A stretch of 64,000 nt of DNA from Malacoraja senta (Eukaryota): NCBI GenBank assembly GCA_038087875.1, contig CM075989.1, forward strand, positions 13,828,001 to 13,892,000, in the 5' to 3' direction. Position numbers and translations under genes: made by a program. Positions 23,753 through 37,870 of this stretch are shown in pieces (position 1 is the stretch's first letter; each line of letters starts with the position of its first letter). Below the pieces are notes generated by a model. That model did not search any database and was not told the origin of the DNA. It worked only from the letters and a program-made list of their open reading frames with translations.

Positions 23753-26700
23753 TAGGATCAGCCATGATTGAATGGCGGAGTAGACTCGATGGGCCGAATG
23801 GCCTAATTCTACTCCTACAACTTGTGAAAGGTGCCAAGTTCAACCCCAGCCACAGACACAGAGCCATGTGTTGACCACTTCTTTTCAATCTGAGATCATA
23901 CCGGCTCCTCTGGGATAGAATGACAACACACCCTCATTTGCCATCTATTTTCCAATTAGGGAACTCTATTCCAAAGACCTGCAAGCAGAGCGAGGACATA
24001 GTTTTGCAAATATTGTAGACTTAGCAAAAAAATGCAGAGTTTGGGCACTTACTCAGAACTGCACATCACAAGATGATTTTTTTCTACTGAACTTCATAAT
24101 GCCTCTTTATGTAGTCAAGTTAACTCCAGGCTAATTTGTCACTTTGAAGTTGTTGCAAAACAAGAACCCTTTTACAACACTGTTCAGCAATGTTAGCATT
24201 TATAAATTGCAAAAATAAGCAACCAATGCTGTAGGTAAGCTAAAAAAAAAAAAACTCTTGGAGAAACTTAGCAGATCAGGCAGCATCTGTGGAGGGAAAT
24301 GGACAGACGACATTTTGGATTGGGACCAATATTCAGTCTGATGGATGATATGTCGAGTCCTTTCTTCAATGGAAGTAGTTAAGCTCCCTTAAGAATCACA
24401 AATGCCAAGGTATCAAAGCACCGTGGGTCTGATAACTAGGTCAGAATTCAATGTATCTTTTCATCGTTGGAGTGATCACCAGGCAACATGCAGTCAGAGG
24501 AGTTGAAAGGTCAGGCCCATTATGTTGGATTGTTAAAAGTGTTTGAAATTTTGTTTTATCATATAAATTTTTCGGCAGTCTCAAACCCGAACAACTTGTC
24601 CTTCTCTGAAGAGTAGAGAAGCGCTTTCCTGAAAATCCTGTTCGCAGTAGGTGTGTATGCTCCTTTATGCAAGTAGTTTTACCCCTTAGGATACGAGGTC
24701 AAGGGTCCCGATGGGAGATCAGCCCTGACTTCTTTATTCAACACACAGTTCTGTGCATCTTTTCCTGCATTGTTTCAGTCACTGGTTACCCTGCAGTGTG
24801 GAAACGGGCACTTGATACATGTTGATGTCATCAGTGGTATCTAAATCACTCAATCCATTTTAATAGAAGGTAAGGCACAAGAATAAATCACGTTTCATTA
24901 TCTAACCAATGACTCACTCACTTTAGTCCTCTGTTTTAGAGGCATCAAAAATGATTATTCAGTTTCTTCCTTTGCATCAAATCATACTCTCCTGTGATTA
25001 TCAGCAGTTACATAGGCAAGCAGTTTATTTAAACCTTTATCAATAGTACCAAGTGTTTCCAATGATAAAACAGTGGCTTGTTCACAGTGATACAGTATTA
25101 TCTGATATTATTCATCTACATTGTAATTGCACTATAACTGTAGCAATGCAAATTTGACTGAGACAAAAATAAATTATGTGACATATTTCTAGTAGCAAAA
25201 CGTGCAATTAATATAAATTCTTAAAAATAACAAAATAGTCAGCAGTAAATTAAAATGAAGGAGTTGGTGAAATGGTGTCCTTGGTACTTTCTGTAATTGT
25301 AAAAGGTTTCTATTGAAGAGGTTGCACATCTTTATGCAAATTGGAAGCAATAAAAGAGAAATAAAGCAATATCTAATTCCCTCCCCGTTTCATTTCCCTT
25401 CCATACCACCCACTCTGGGTCACAACTACTGATCCAGAAGCTAGTCAATAATAGAATCTGATGAAAGCCCATTGAAGCACGCCAACGCCTCCTCTCAATC
25501 TTCTTGAGGTTCTGCCATAACTAATAGCCACCAAGTCATGACCCTCTGCATTTACTGTATAAAGGAAGCTATTCTCTGCGTGCCTATTGTGCTGTGTTAC
25601 ATTTACATCAGTCACTTCTTCTAAAACTGTTTCCAACAGTTTAACTTCAGTGGAAAAAACATTATTTGCAAGTCAATAATATGACAATTTAATTTTCAAT
25701 AGACATATGTTTACGTGATCCTTCAAATAGCTTACACATATTTGTACATCATTTGCTCCATTATACTTTATGGAATGAGTAAATGAATTGACTTTTTTTG
25801 TTCAATTCATTTACCCAAGATGTTATCCGCTTATTCTGAAAGTGAGCAGAATGAATATGTCAAGAGCCACCGATACTGAGAGGACAGCACAACAGCAGTG
25901 CTGAGCAATCTGAACAAAGTGAAAAGGCACCCTTCACAACGAAAAGTTAGATATGGTCTGATTTCAAGCATCTGTTTTGAATGTGCAAAGTGTAACAATC
26001 CCAGTGATCCAGTTCTATTTGTTTTTCCTTCAGTTGGTGTCTTTGAAAATAGAATTGGTCTAAGACTTCCATGTAGAAATTATGTTGTAAAATATAAATG
26101 GTATAAACTCATAGTTTAAAAAAAATCATTTAGAAATGCACCACAGAATCAAAGCAATTACTATTTTTAAAAGCTTAAGTTGTCTCACTTGGAAGAATGA
26201 AAGATGCAAGATCTCAAACTGAAACATTGATCATCCCTTTGCCTCCACAGAAGCTGCATGATCCACTGAGTTCATCCAGTAATTTATTATTTACCATGGT
26301 CAACTGCATATATTTAATAAAATAAATGCAGCATGTACATAATTACCTTGAAGTAAAACAGCATTTCTGCTGAAGAGCATCTTCAAGCAGACAAAAAAAA
26401 AGCATAACTTTAAAATACAAAACATAAACTACCACAAATTGCGATGAAGGAAAATCAAATGCAAGTTGTATCAATTTTATAATCGTATTATCCTAAACAA
26501 ATTTGGTTTGTAGCTCAATTTAAAAAAAGAAAGAAAATGCTGGAAAGGATATCCACCCAAAATTTCAATTGTTGTTGCTCTCCACAGATGTTGCTTGACC
26601 TCCTGAGTATTTCTAGCATTTCCTGTTTTTATTCCGGATTATATTTGTACTATTTTTACTTTGGATTATAATTTGTTTAGTTACATTTGTTAATCTTTTT

Positions 26701-28674
26701 AACATAGATTTACTTTGGTAATTTGTTATGAATGTATGCAATTATATAATTTGCCATATCTTTTTAATAAACATAATTCAATGAATAGAAATATTCCTTA
26801 TTATGATTTCAAAATCTCAAGCTTCTGTTTCTTTTGTGCATTTTTGATTCTCATCTTTTATTGTGAGTCATATTTAAATGAGCCAAGTCTACAAATAAAT
26901 AATTCAACTCTATGATAAACTTTTCATGGCTTTTTTATATCCCAAAGCATTTCACAGCTAATGCTTGTGATTTTGTAATTTTGTAATTTTGTGAAATACT
27001 AGTCATTTCACAAAGTGCTCTGCCCCATAAACAACTTGGGGAAAAAGTAGGAGACAACTTATTTAAAATGCAAGATTAGGGTTAAATATTGGCCATACTA
27101 AGGTTGGGTCTACTAGCAGTGGGATGAGTAAGAAGGAACTTGATTGCTTGTGGGTGGTAACAACAGTATGGTTGGAGAGAGGGTGTTCTTCCTGTGGGAG
27201 ATTTCGAAAATAATGATTTACCCATTTAAGGCAAATGTAAGGCAGTTATTTTCCCCTGGAGGGCTGCGAGTCTTTGAGATTCTGTTCCTGAAAAAGGCAA
27301 TGTAAGCAGAATCCTTGGATGGTTTTAAGGTTGAGGCAGATAGCTACTTGCTAAGTCGGAAGTGTTAGGTTATTGTAAGTAGTTGGGAATGCAGAGCTGA
27401 GGTCACAATAAGATCAGCCACAATCTTCTTGAATGCCGGGTAACTTTGAGGAACGAAATGGCTAACACGTGCTCCAAGTTCATCGGTTTCCCTTCCCCCC
27501 CTGACTCTCAGTCTGAAGAAGGGTCTTGACCCGAAACATCACCTATACCTTTTCTCCAGAGATGCTGCCTGACCCCCCTAAGTTACTCCACCATTTTGTG
27601 TCTATCTTCGGTGTAAACCAGCATCTGCAGTTCCATCCTACTCATCTGTTTTTATGTTGGTATGACTAATGTTCTTCTTACAATGGTACCTCAAAGTACT
27701 TAACTAAGATGGCAGATGAGGCCCGAGTGTAATTTTGCCAACACTATACATCCAACACTATCCTGATCCATCAGTCAGATTGAATGCTCTCTGAAAGCGA
27801 GGCTTGTATCCTCAACCTAGTCAACAAGCCAACACTGCTACCACTTGGCTCAGGGTAAATAATAATGATTAATTTGATTCCACTTAACTCTCTCCCTCCA
27901 TAATGTAACGTCATTCACTTTGGTATAGAACTAATAAGGCATGGATAAAATACGCGTACAAATGAAACAGAAGAAATAATATTTAATCAACATTAATAAG
28001 ATACTGCCCATATCATGATTGATGTCAAAATAGTTTTGAAATCAGGGCTGCTCGTAAATGCTTATATCCAATATATAGAACTACAATTAAAAAGGAAAAA
28101 TACAAAGCAAACCATGCAACAGAGTGCGTTAGAGGAAGTCATGCTGTAACTCTGCTGTTCACTTATCCAGATGACATATTGAGCACTGTGACCCATTCTG
28201 CTCACTAAGGCACAAAGGAAACAAACATTCAAGGAGTCATGAGACTGAGTTAGCAGGAGAAATCAGAGAAGCTGCAGCTCAGCAGGATGTAGGATGTGAC
28301 CAAGTGGCAAACTAAAGAGTTAGAAGACAATGAGCAATATAGTAAACATGTATGTACTCTGCTTCAATTTATATCTTCACGGATGAATGCATTCAACTTA
28401 CAAAAAGTGAATTTAGAAACAATACCAATTTTTTTTCTTGCAAAAATAATGTATCAAGAGGGATTAAATTATGAGCTAGGGATTTCAGACCAGACATTAA
28501 AATCAATTAGTGAGTAAATGGATGCTCGTGATGTTCCCCATTGATCTAATTTGTAATGTAGGCGGAGAGTGATTCAGATTTACAGGGGTTCCCGTTTATT
28601 TAATTGATCAGTGTCTATTCCTTTAATCCAAACAGTCCCACAGAAATGCAGCATTATAAATTAATCTAGAGTTG

Positions 28675-31112
28675 ATTATGTTTGATAGTCTGGTTAAATA
28701 AATAAGCACATATTTTAATAAATCTCCCTAACTCTTCTTGTTTCTCTGTATTCACTGCGTGTTTAATTCAGTTTAGTTTATTATCACGTGTACCAAGGTA
28801 CAGTGAAAGCTTTGTTGCGTGCTAACCAGTCAGCAGAAATACAAACATTATTACAATCGGGCCATCCACAGTGTACAGATGCATGATAAAGGGAATAACG
28901 TGAATAATATTTAGTGCAAGATAAAGCCAGTAAAGTCCGATCAAAGATAGTCTGATGGTAGATGGTAGTTCAGGACTGCTTACTAGTTGTTGGTTGGATG
29001 GTTAAGTTGCCTAATAACAACTGGGAAGAAACTGTCCCTGAATCTGGAGATGTGGATGTTCACACCTATATCTTTTGCCCCATGCGAGAGGGGAGACGAG
29101 GGAGTGGCCAGGGTGTGTCATCCTTGATTATGCTGCTGGCCTTGCCGAGGCAGCGTGAGGTGTAAATAGAGACAATGAAATGGAGGTTGGTTGTGATGGT
29201 GTGCTTTGTGATGGGTACATACTGTATGGGAAGAGATTACAATGTTATGACACAGCTATCACTCTTAAATACGAGATATTTCAGAAACAGCATTTTGCAA
29301 ATCATTTTGTAAACTCTAGAACTATGTTATTTTAAACTGCTTGATTAACAAAACTGCTCCAATTAGCATTGTAATCTGCAGCCAGCAGAAACAAAAAGTG
29401 TTTACATCTCGGAAGAGATGGCAAGGTTATTAACTTAGCTGATCTGTATTTGTGACCATCAAGATCTCAGATCCTGTTTGTTTCATAATGTGAAACAGAC
29501 AAGTGTGAACATTGTTTTATGGAGACCAATAAAGTGGATCCAAAGCAACAAATTACCAGTGAACAGAACACTCTCATTGTGCACACTTGAGGTTGGTAAT
29601 GTGACACGGCAGAGAAGACACAACAACTTGTTTCCGATTCTTAAAAGTTATAAGGCATGGAAACAGGCCGTTCAGCCCACCACATCCATGGTGACCAGTG
29701 GGAATCCATCTGCATTAATCCCATATTCTAGCACTTGGCCCACAACCTTCGATACCTAGGCAATTCAAATGCTTGTCCAGAAAGTTCTTAAATGCGATCA
29801 GTGATTGGTTCCACGTCTTTCCAGCAGACTATTCCAGCTGCTCATTGCTCTCTGGGTGGAGAAGGTCCCCGCTCAGATCTCCTCTGCATCTCTTACCTCT
29901 TACATTAAATCTACAGTATGTCCTATTGTTTTATCTACCTCTGATACAGGGAAAAGTGTCCTGCAGTCTACCCTATCTACATGCCTCATAATTGTATATA
30001 CTTCAGTCAGGTCCTCTTAACCCCTCTGGTCCAGGGATAATAGACACAGCCTCTCCAACTCCCCTCATAATTAAGATGCTCCATCCCAGTCAACATCCCA
30101 GTGTATCCTCTCTGCAAACTCGTCACATTCTTCACATCCATCCTCCATATTGGTGACCAAGGTTTTATGAAGTTTGAGCCTAAGCACCCTGCTCTTATAT
30201 TCAGTGCCCTAACTAATGAAGGACAGTATCACTATGCCTTCTTAACCATTTTCACTCTTTATGCTGCCACCATTGAAGATCTCTGACGTACATCATGGTC
30301 CATTTGTTCCTCAATAATGATGGTAATCCTGACTGGGAAGGTCCAAGGGAGTATTGAGGAACAGAGGAACCTTGATGTACTAGCCTCATTAGTACTCTCA
30401 AAAGGGTGGTGGATCCATGCAGTATGACTAAGAAAGAACAATCCTCCACTTTCATTGTAGAATATATAGAACAGTACAGCTCAGGAACAGGTCCTTCAGT
30501 CAATAATGTCTGTGCCAACCAAGACGCCAATTTAAACTGCACTTCTGCCTACTCATGGCCAACATCCCTTTCCAGGTGTGTAGGAAGGAACTGCAGATGC
30601 TGGTTTGAACTGAAGATAGACACAAAAAGCTGGAGTAACTCAGCGGGTCAGACAGCATCTCTGGAGAAAAGGAATAGGTGATGTTTCGGGTTGAGACCCT
30701 TCTTCAGCCTGAGACACATGGGAAAGGGAAAGGTCTATCCCTTTCTAGATTCTGATTCTAAACTAGAGTAAAGCATTCAGCTTTCTGAACAGGAACAGAA
30801 AATGTATTGCAATATATGTTTTCCCCCCAATATGTTAACAGTAGAGTTAGTATTTTGCAGGGTCATAGCGTTCTAATTAAAGTAGCCTAAATAATGTATA
30901 GAAACTAAAGGCAACAAATAATGTTTGTAATTTAGAGAAGTTTGGAAGCCATAGAACAAACTACAGGAGTCCCAGCTGAGATATATGAATCATCGTTAGC
31001 TACCAGTAACATGTCAGTAGACTGGAGGGTGGCTGTTGCTGTGTCTTTATTTAAGAGGGACTGCAAAGAAAAACGTGAGACCTACAGACCAGTACAACTG
31101 ACATGTGTTATA
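28675..31112 (+). repeat. Local duplication, copy 1 (~2.4 kb)
   Basis: Collinear, high-identity match to 38694-41068 across several unrelated repeat fragments and unique sequence. Confidence 0.95.
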
Positions 31113-31839
31113 CCTTGGGGATAATCTGTACTTGAAGCACTGTTTCTGATAGTGAATATTCACTATGTTAACAATCTCAGTAACTCAAACATCAGAACAA
31201 AGTCAATCAGGCAGAAAGATCACAAGGTACACAAACCAAAATGTACATGTTTTACTTCTTCTGAAGTGTAAAGGAGTCATATCATCCTTGCCCATCATTT
31301 TACAGAAAATCCCTCGGAGGTCATGACGGTTGATTGCTGCCTTCCTTCTTCCTCTCCAGCTACTTCTCTCTCACACTTCCATCCCTAGGTGGGATGTTAT
31401 AATTTATTTAAGATTACATTTCCTGTTGCTTTTTTGCTTCCCTTTCTTCCTCTGCAATATCGTCCTTCCCTTCACTGGTCACTTCAAAGGTCACATTAAA
31501 TCCTGTGATCATTGGCTTGTGGCACTGCTAAGAATCTCTTCTGATGAACCTTTCCCCCATATTCTGCATCCACCAAGGTCCAACAGTGATGTCCCCAGTG
31601 ATGCCACAGTCCAGAATAATACTCCCACTAACCTCTTTTCATCTGAAATCTGAAAGATTTTAGTCTTTTCAATTTGAACTATTTTTAACGTGGAGTTTGA
31701 GAAAGGTTCTGCACATTGTACCATACATTCTGGGCGAAGACTGGCCATGGTCCTCTTGCTTGTGGGCTGGTTTGGCAACAGTGATTTTAAATTTCTCATC
31801 TTGCTTCTCTCTCCATGGTCATCATCTCCTCCACTACAT

Positions 31840-32300
31840 AATCACGGACCACTCACATCCCAGTCATTCCCTCTTCTCCCCTCTCCGGTCAGGCAGAAGA
31901 TACAAAAGCTTGAAAGCACACACCACCAGAATGAAGAACAGCTTCTTCCCCGCTGTTATCAAACTATTGAACAGACTTCTCATAAACTAACAATAGACAC
32001 AAAATGCCGAAGTAACTCAGCGGGACAGGCAGCATCTCTGGATAGAAGGAATAGCGATGTATTCCCAATTTCCCAATCTACCTTATTGTTGGCATTGCAC
32101 TTTTTTTTTCAAATCCGCACTTTATCTATAAGTGTAACACCATATTCTGGACTGTATTTCATTTCTTTTTCTGCATTACCTGTGCATGTATGGTATAGTT
32201 GTACTCATATATTATATGATTTGTCTGGATAGCACATAAACAAAGTTGTTCTAATGTTCCTCATAATTATCACACGTGATAATAATAAACCAAAACCAAC
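31840..32300 (+). mobile_element. Rex1/Babar-like LINE 3' end
   Basis: DHSHPSHSLFSPLRSGRRYKSLKAHTTRMKNSFFPAVIKLLN; interrupted by a short Penelope-repeat piece near 31995-32060. Confidence 0.72.
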
Positions 32301-35300
32301 AGCAACAGACAGATGCAGTCATAATGTAGGCAAACGGTGCAGATGGGCACAAAGGCCAATATGGACGTGGTAGGCCGAAAGAGTCATTTCTCTTGTGACT
32401 CATTCCTCTACTTTATACATTTAAACTAATGAAAAGTTAAACTGTCACAACAGTTCAGCGCAAGGCAATTTTCAGATGGGTTCTTTATGGGGAATGGTAC
32501 ATTAAAGCTTAAAGGCCTACAATGACTCATTCCATTAATTATCCTAGGAAGTCATTTGCACCCATTTGTTAATATATTGAATTCCTTCGGTTAAAAGCAC
32601 AGTAGTTTTGGAGGTAGAGACACAAGAGATTGCAGATGTTGGAATCTTGACCAAAACACAATGTGCTGCAGGAACTCAGTGGGTCAGGCAGCATCTGGGG
32701 AAGGAATGGACAGGTGACATTTTGGGTTAGGACAATTGCCAGTCTATTCCCTCCCGGGATGCTGCCTGACCCCTTGACTTCCTACAGCACTTTGTCACCC
32801 CCTCGGAAATGTCGTCTGGCCCCTCTGAATCAGTAGCTCTTGGTAGATAACACCTTCTGGAGACTTGACAGTCACCATGCTGCTGCTCCTCGATACAACA
32901 TTGTATAGTTGGCAATAGTAAGGAGTGTCTATCTTACCGCCATCATCTCGCCTCACAAGCACATCATCCCCAGGAATTATTTCAGAGTGCCTGGCTCCAC
33001 GTTTCAAGTCGGCATACCATTTTGCCGCACCTTTCTTTTCAGCATCACAATCTCTCATCTCCTGGTCTTCCATAATCTCTCGCACGTCTGGTATTTTAGT
33101 GCGAATTTTCCTTCCAAACAAGGCTTCTGCTGGACTTTTCCCTGTCGTAGAGTGAGTGATCGCCTGATATACAGCTACGTATCCTTCCAGTTTTTCCCTT
33201 CGGCATGGGTGATTCGTATCCTCTTCTCTATGGACTGGTTTTGTCTCTCTACTTCTCCGTTAGCTTGTGGCCATTTTGGAGTCACCTTGTGATGAAGGAT
33301 GCCTGCGATTCTCATGTATTCAGCAAACGTCTCAGAAACAAACTGTGGTCCATTGTCGGAATACAATGTAACATGCAACCTGTGTCTGGCGAAGATCTCT
33401 GCTAATGCCTGTACAGTCTTTTCAGCTGTAGTTGACTTCATCACTGCATACTCATAGTACCTACTCTAGTAGTCTACCACTACCATAATTGATTCACCTG
33501 TTGGAAGTGGTCCAAGAAAGTCAATAGCTATGTCAACCCATGGTCCTGTTGGTAACTTTGTACTTCTAATTGGTTCTGGTGGGTTGCTCCTGCTTGTGAT
33601 TTGGCATCCGTGACATGTCTTGACAAATTTTTCAGCATCTTTCTCACAACCTGGCCACCACACTTTGCTCCGCAAATTCTGTTTAGTACCGACGATGCCT
33701 AAATGTCCTTCATGCACTAATGACACGATCCTTGGTCGTAGTGCCTGCGGGATCACCAATCTGCTACCTCTCAGCACCCACTGACCAATTACACAAAATT
33801 CTTCTTTTATGGGATTGTAAGGGCATTGATCCCATTGCCCACTGTGTATACGCTCTCTGATATCTTTGAGTTCAGGATCATGTTCTGATTCCCTTTCAAC
33901 TTCCTTCGTTGTCACGGTTCCTGGCGTTGACTGAATTGCGACGAATCGCACAAAGTTCTCTGCTTCCATCTCTAGCGTGAATGTTGCTCCCGGCTGTTCA
34001 TCCTTCAACAGTCTTGACTGTGGGTCCGCAATGTTTGCTTTCCCAGCAATGTGGATACTTTGTACTTGTACTGTTGGAGTCTCACCACCCAACGTTATCT
34101 TCTGGCACATGGCTTAGACCTTGTCGAATAGATAACTTCCAGCGGCTTGTGATCTGTAACAAGTTCAAATTCAATGCCGTACAAGTATGCATGGAACCTT
34201 TCACGGGCCCACACTAGTCCCAGTGCTTCTTTCTCTGTTTGAGAATACCTTCTCTCCACGCTGGCTAGCGATCGACTGGCATATGCTATGATTCTGGGCC
34301 CATCTGCATGGGGCTGTACCAGCACTGCTCCTAAGCCGACTGGACTAGCATCTGCTATGACTTTTGTTGGTGCAGCTGGATCATAATATCCAAGGGTTTC
34401 TGCACTCTCTTTCAGTAATTTGAATGCCTGTCTCTGTTCACTACCAAACTGGAACGGTACGTCTTTCCTTGTCAACTTTCTCAGTGGGTCTGCCAGTGTA
34501 GCAAAATTTGGAATAAAGTTTGCATAATAATTGACCAGTCCTAGAAAACTCCTCATCTCGGTTGCATTCTGAAGTTCACGTGCATCTGTAACAGCTTTCA
34601 CTTTAGCTTTGGCTGGGTTCAGCCCTTCACTTGTGAGTCTGTGTCCCATGAAATCCATCTCAGAGATGCCAAACTTGCACTTGTCTTCATTCACAGCGAG
34701 ACCTGCTTCTTGAAGTTTAATCAACACTAGCTTCAACCTCCTGTCATGCTGTTCACGAATTGATACATGGACGATGATGTCATCTGATATGTTTGCTACT
34801 CCTGGTACACCTTGAATCACTCTGTGGATTTCGTACTGATGGATCTCGGGAGCAGCATTAATTCCAAACATCAGTCTTTTGTATTGGTACAATCCGCAGT
34901 GAGTGACGAATGTTGTCACCTCTCTTGACTCAGGATGTAATTCCAACTGATGATATCCCCACTTGAGATCAATTTTGGAAAACACTTTACTGGTTGATAA
35001 CTCTTGTAGCACCTCATCAACCGTAGGAATTGGGTGTCTTTCTCTGATTATTGCCTCATTGGCTCTCCTCATGTCAACGCACAGTCTAATGTCATCATTG
35101 GGTTTCGGCACAATCACAACTGGACTCACCCATGGTGTCGAACGTTCAACTGGTTCAATAATGTCCTGATCAATCAACTCCTTGATTTTAGCTTCTACTT
35201 TTCCACGGTCCAAATGGCGTCCTCCACACCGGTTGAGCTATCGGTTTGACATTTTTATCAATGGCTAACTTCACTTGCCGGCCTTTCAATTTTCCAATCC

Positions 35301-36700
35301 CGTGGAATACTGTATGAAATTCCTGCCTCATGTCATCATATGACTGCATTGAATTGACATGCACTCCGATGTGAAGCACTCCCAGCTCTCGAGCTGTATT
35401 TCTACTTAGCAGAGGTTCTCCCTTCTTCTCTATCACCACGAATTCTGCTTCAGTTTCTCTATCTCCGACTTCTACTTTAGCCATGAAACATCCAATGGTC
35501 TGCAATGGTTTAGTTGTGGTGTATGGATATAACTTCCTTCTACACCTCCTTGACGTGCACCTGATTTTCTGCTGTTTCAAGCATTCCCAAAGTGATCTGT
35601 CAATTACGTTGCTGTCACTACCAGAATCTACAATCACTGGCACTGTAACACCTCCGATGGTCACTGAAACTTTCTCGTGATGGCTCTCATTCAATGCAAA
35701 CTGATAATTCCTTTTAACAGCATGCTCACCAGCTTCATCACTGTCTTCATCACTTCTGAAATCACCTTCTACGTGACGGACATGACCCTTCTTTTTCTGC
35801 CAAGGTCTGTCTTTCTTTTCACTGGACTTCCCTTTCTTGTTGTAATCACTTGTCTTGTCCCTGGCCTTACTTTTACATTTCTTTGCAAAATGATCTTTAT
35901 CTCCACATTTCCTACATGTTCTACCTTTTGCTGGACAACATGCATCTTTCCCTATGTGACCCTTGTTGCCACACCTGTAACATTCGATCTCATGTTCAGG
36001 CATACTTCTTGGTCTCGCGTAGGACAGATGGTTAACTTGCCCAGTCTTGGAATCTTTCAATTTCATGCTGTGAAATTGTCCCTCAACAGCTTCCAGTGCT
36101 GGTGCAATCGACAAAGCATCATTAAGGTTTAACTCACCCCCTTTTTCTAGCAGCCTTCTCCTGAGCTTGTCTGACCTGCAATGCTGGACAACCTGATCCA
36201 ATATCTGGTTTTCCACATCAACAGCCACATATTTGCATCCTACAGACACCTGTCTGAGTCTCGTCACAAACTGAGCAACAGTCTCGCCCTCTTCCTGCAT
36301 TGTTTTACGGAATACATGGCGTTGAAATGTAACATTGGGCACCACCACATAACGACTGTTCAAAGCATCAACGGCTTTCTTATAGTCTTCCTTCATTCCC
36401 GTATCAGGGAGTGTTTTAAAAATTTCTCGAACTGCTGGCCCCGCGGTGAAAAGAAGCAACGCTCTCCGCTGCGCTTTCTGCCCTGGCGTACTCTCCTCAA
36501 GAAAGAGGCCTCAACTGTCAGCATAAGCTTAGAATTCCTCCAACCAAGCATTCCACCTCACGCTGACGGTACTTGCATCACCCGTCGGATCAAAATGTGG
36601 AACTCCGTGCTAAGAAGTCAGCTCCAGCGACTGCCATTTAAAATTAAAATATCTTTTCCCAGCTCGTAGCCATGGATGCAGAATCCAAAATATCCGAAAT

Positions 36701-36713
36701 ATCCTCGTCACCA
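36701..36713 (-). promoter_or_regulatory. Primer-binding site, tRNA-Ser(GCU)-type
   Basis: TGGTGACGAGGAT, 1 nt from the LTR; complementary to the tRNA-Ser(GCU) 3' end ATCCTCGTCGCCA with one mismatch. Confidence 0.8.
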
Positions 36714-36714
36714 A

Positions 36715-36920
36715 TGTCACATCTTGGCCTCAGATGTGGAACAATAATAATACTGACACAATATTTATAGGTTAGATTCCTTGGTCTCCGTGTTTATTAT
36801 CTCACTCAGCCATGGCCTCCTGCATAGGCTTACACAGCTCACATGCGATCTGATCTCCAAGTCAGCTGATACAAAGGTCATGATATTTGCATATCATCAT
36901 CATGATTCATCGTCATGACA
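36715..36920 (-). repeat. 5' LTR (206 bp) of the Gypsy element
   Basis: TGTCA...TGACA termini; AATAAA at 36793-36798 (minus); directly precedes the PBS. Confidence 0.85.
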
Positions 36921-37870
36921 GTACCCATAGTCAGGATCGAACCTGGGTGTCTGGGACTGTAAGGCAGCAACTCCACCACTGCGACACGGGCTATATGCCC
37001 CCCATAGTCATATTCTGTAACTATGTTCAAACATGTTTATCCCTTCATTGAGCTCACTTAATACTGTGCAGGACATGAAAAGAAGAACAGAATTGCATCC
37101 ATTTTGCCTAGAGTTTTCTCTTTTGAATTCAAGTTTTGTCAGCCTGCTAACTTTGTGAATAGATAGAGATGTGCCAGGCTTATCCAGTTCACAGTAATTA
37201 GCACATCTGGCTGAATCCATGTGAATTTCAAGCTTTGCCTTGCATTGAATCATACAGACAATCTCCCTTTTGTTTGCCTACATGCTGTCTTTCGTTTAAC
37301 TCTATTTTGAAATCATTTCTTAACAACAAACCCTCGGCTGATTTTATTTTTCTTGCTTTGGATGAAGTTTCCAGTAATTTCCTTAAATTTAATCCAATGA
37401 AATCATTGCAGTGTAATGAACTTGTTCGTCTGACATGAAAGGCTCCAAAACGAATCCTTGGCCCCAAACTACACAAGAGTTAAAAAGATCCTGCTGTGTT
37501 CTTTAAACTCACCATCTTAAAAGTAGTAGAAATATGGTTTATAAAAGATAATTAAAATAGTTTAAGAACACCAACAGTATTACTTTTGAATGCACAAAGT
37601 GGTAAAGTTATTGGACTAGCAGCCAGAGTTACAGACGATTGATGGGGAGAGTGGGGTTTGAATTCCCACAGAGAAACCAGGCAGCTGGAGGAGCTGCTGC
37701 CTCACTCTTCCAGCATCCTGGGTCCAATCATCACCTCAGATACTGTCAGTGTGGAGTTTGCATGTTCTCCTTTTGTGGCCACATGTGAATGCAAGGAGAA
37801 TAAGGTGTAATTAATGTAGGATTAGGGTAAGTGGTGCTTGATGGTCAGTGCAGACTCAGTGGGTTGAAGG

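Larger units (their letters stand above)
32797..36920 (-). mobile_element. Ty3/Gypsy LTR retrotransposon (Mag-like), decayed, 3' LTR missing
   Basis: gag with two Cys/His knuckles, protease VDSGS, RT (LCVDMR, SKIDL, ISDD), RNase H (ADAS, EKEAL, TDHKPL), integrase HHCC and core (SDNGPQF, NGEVER) in Gypsy order; several frameshifts and stops. Confidence 0.95.

Noticed and set aside
24779..24869. Plus-strand exon-like segment (tttcag...AAG|gtaagg)
   Set aside because: Stops in all three frames; no support for an antisense transcript from sequence alone.
27513..27540. Hammerhead copies at 27513, ~30680 and ~40650 as active ribozymes
   Set aside because: CpG decay (GAAACATC) destroys the palindromic stem III, so they are treated as probably inactive family members.
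31690..32232. 180-aa ORF
   Set aside because: Chance read-through across Rex1-like and Penelope-repeat fragments.
35677..36669. Plus-strand ORFs of 151 and 162 aa, and antisense ORFs over 62326-63216
   Set aside because: Antisense shadows of Gypsy gag and CR1 ORF2.
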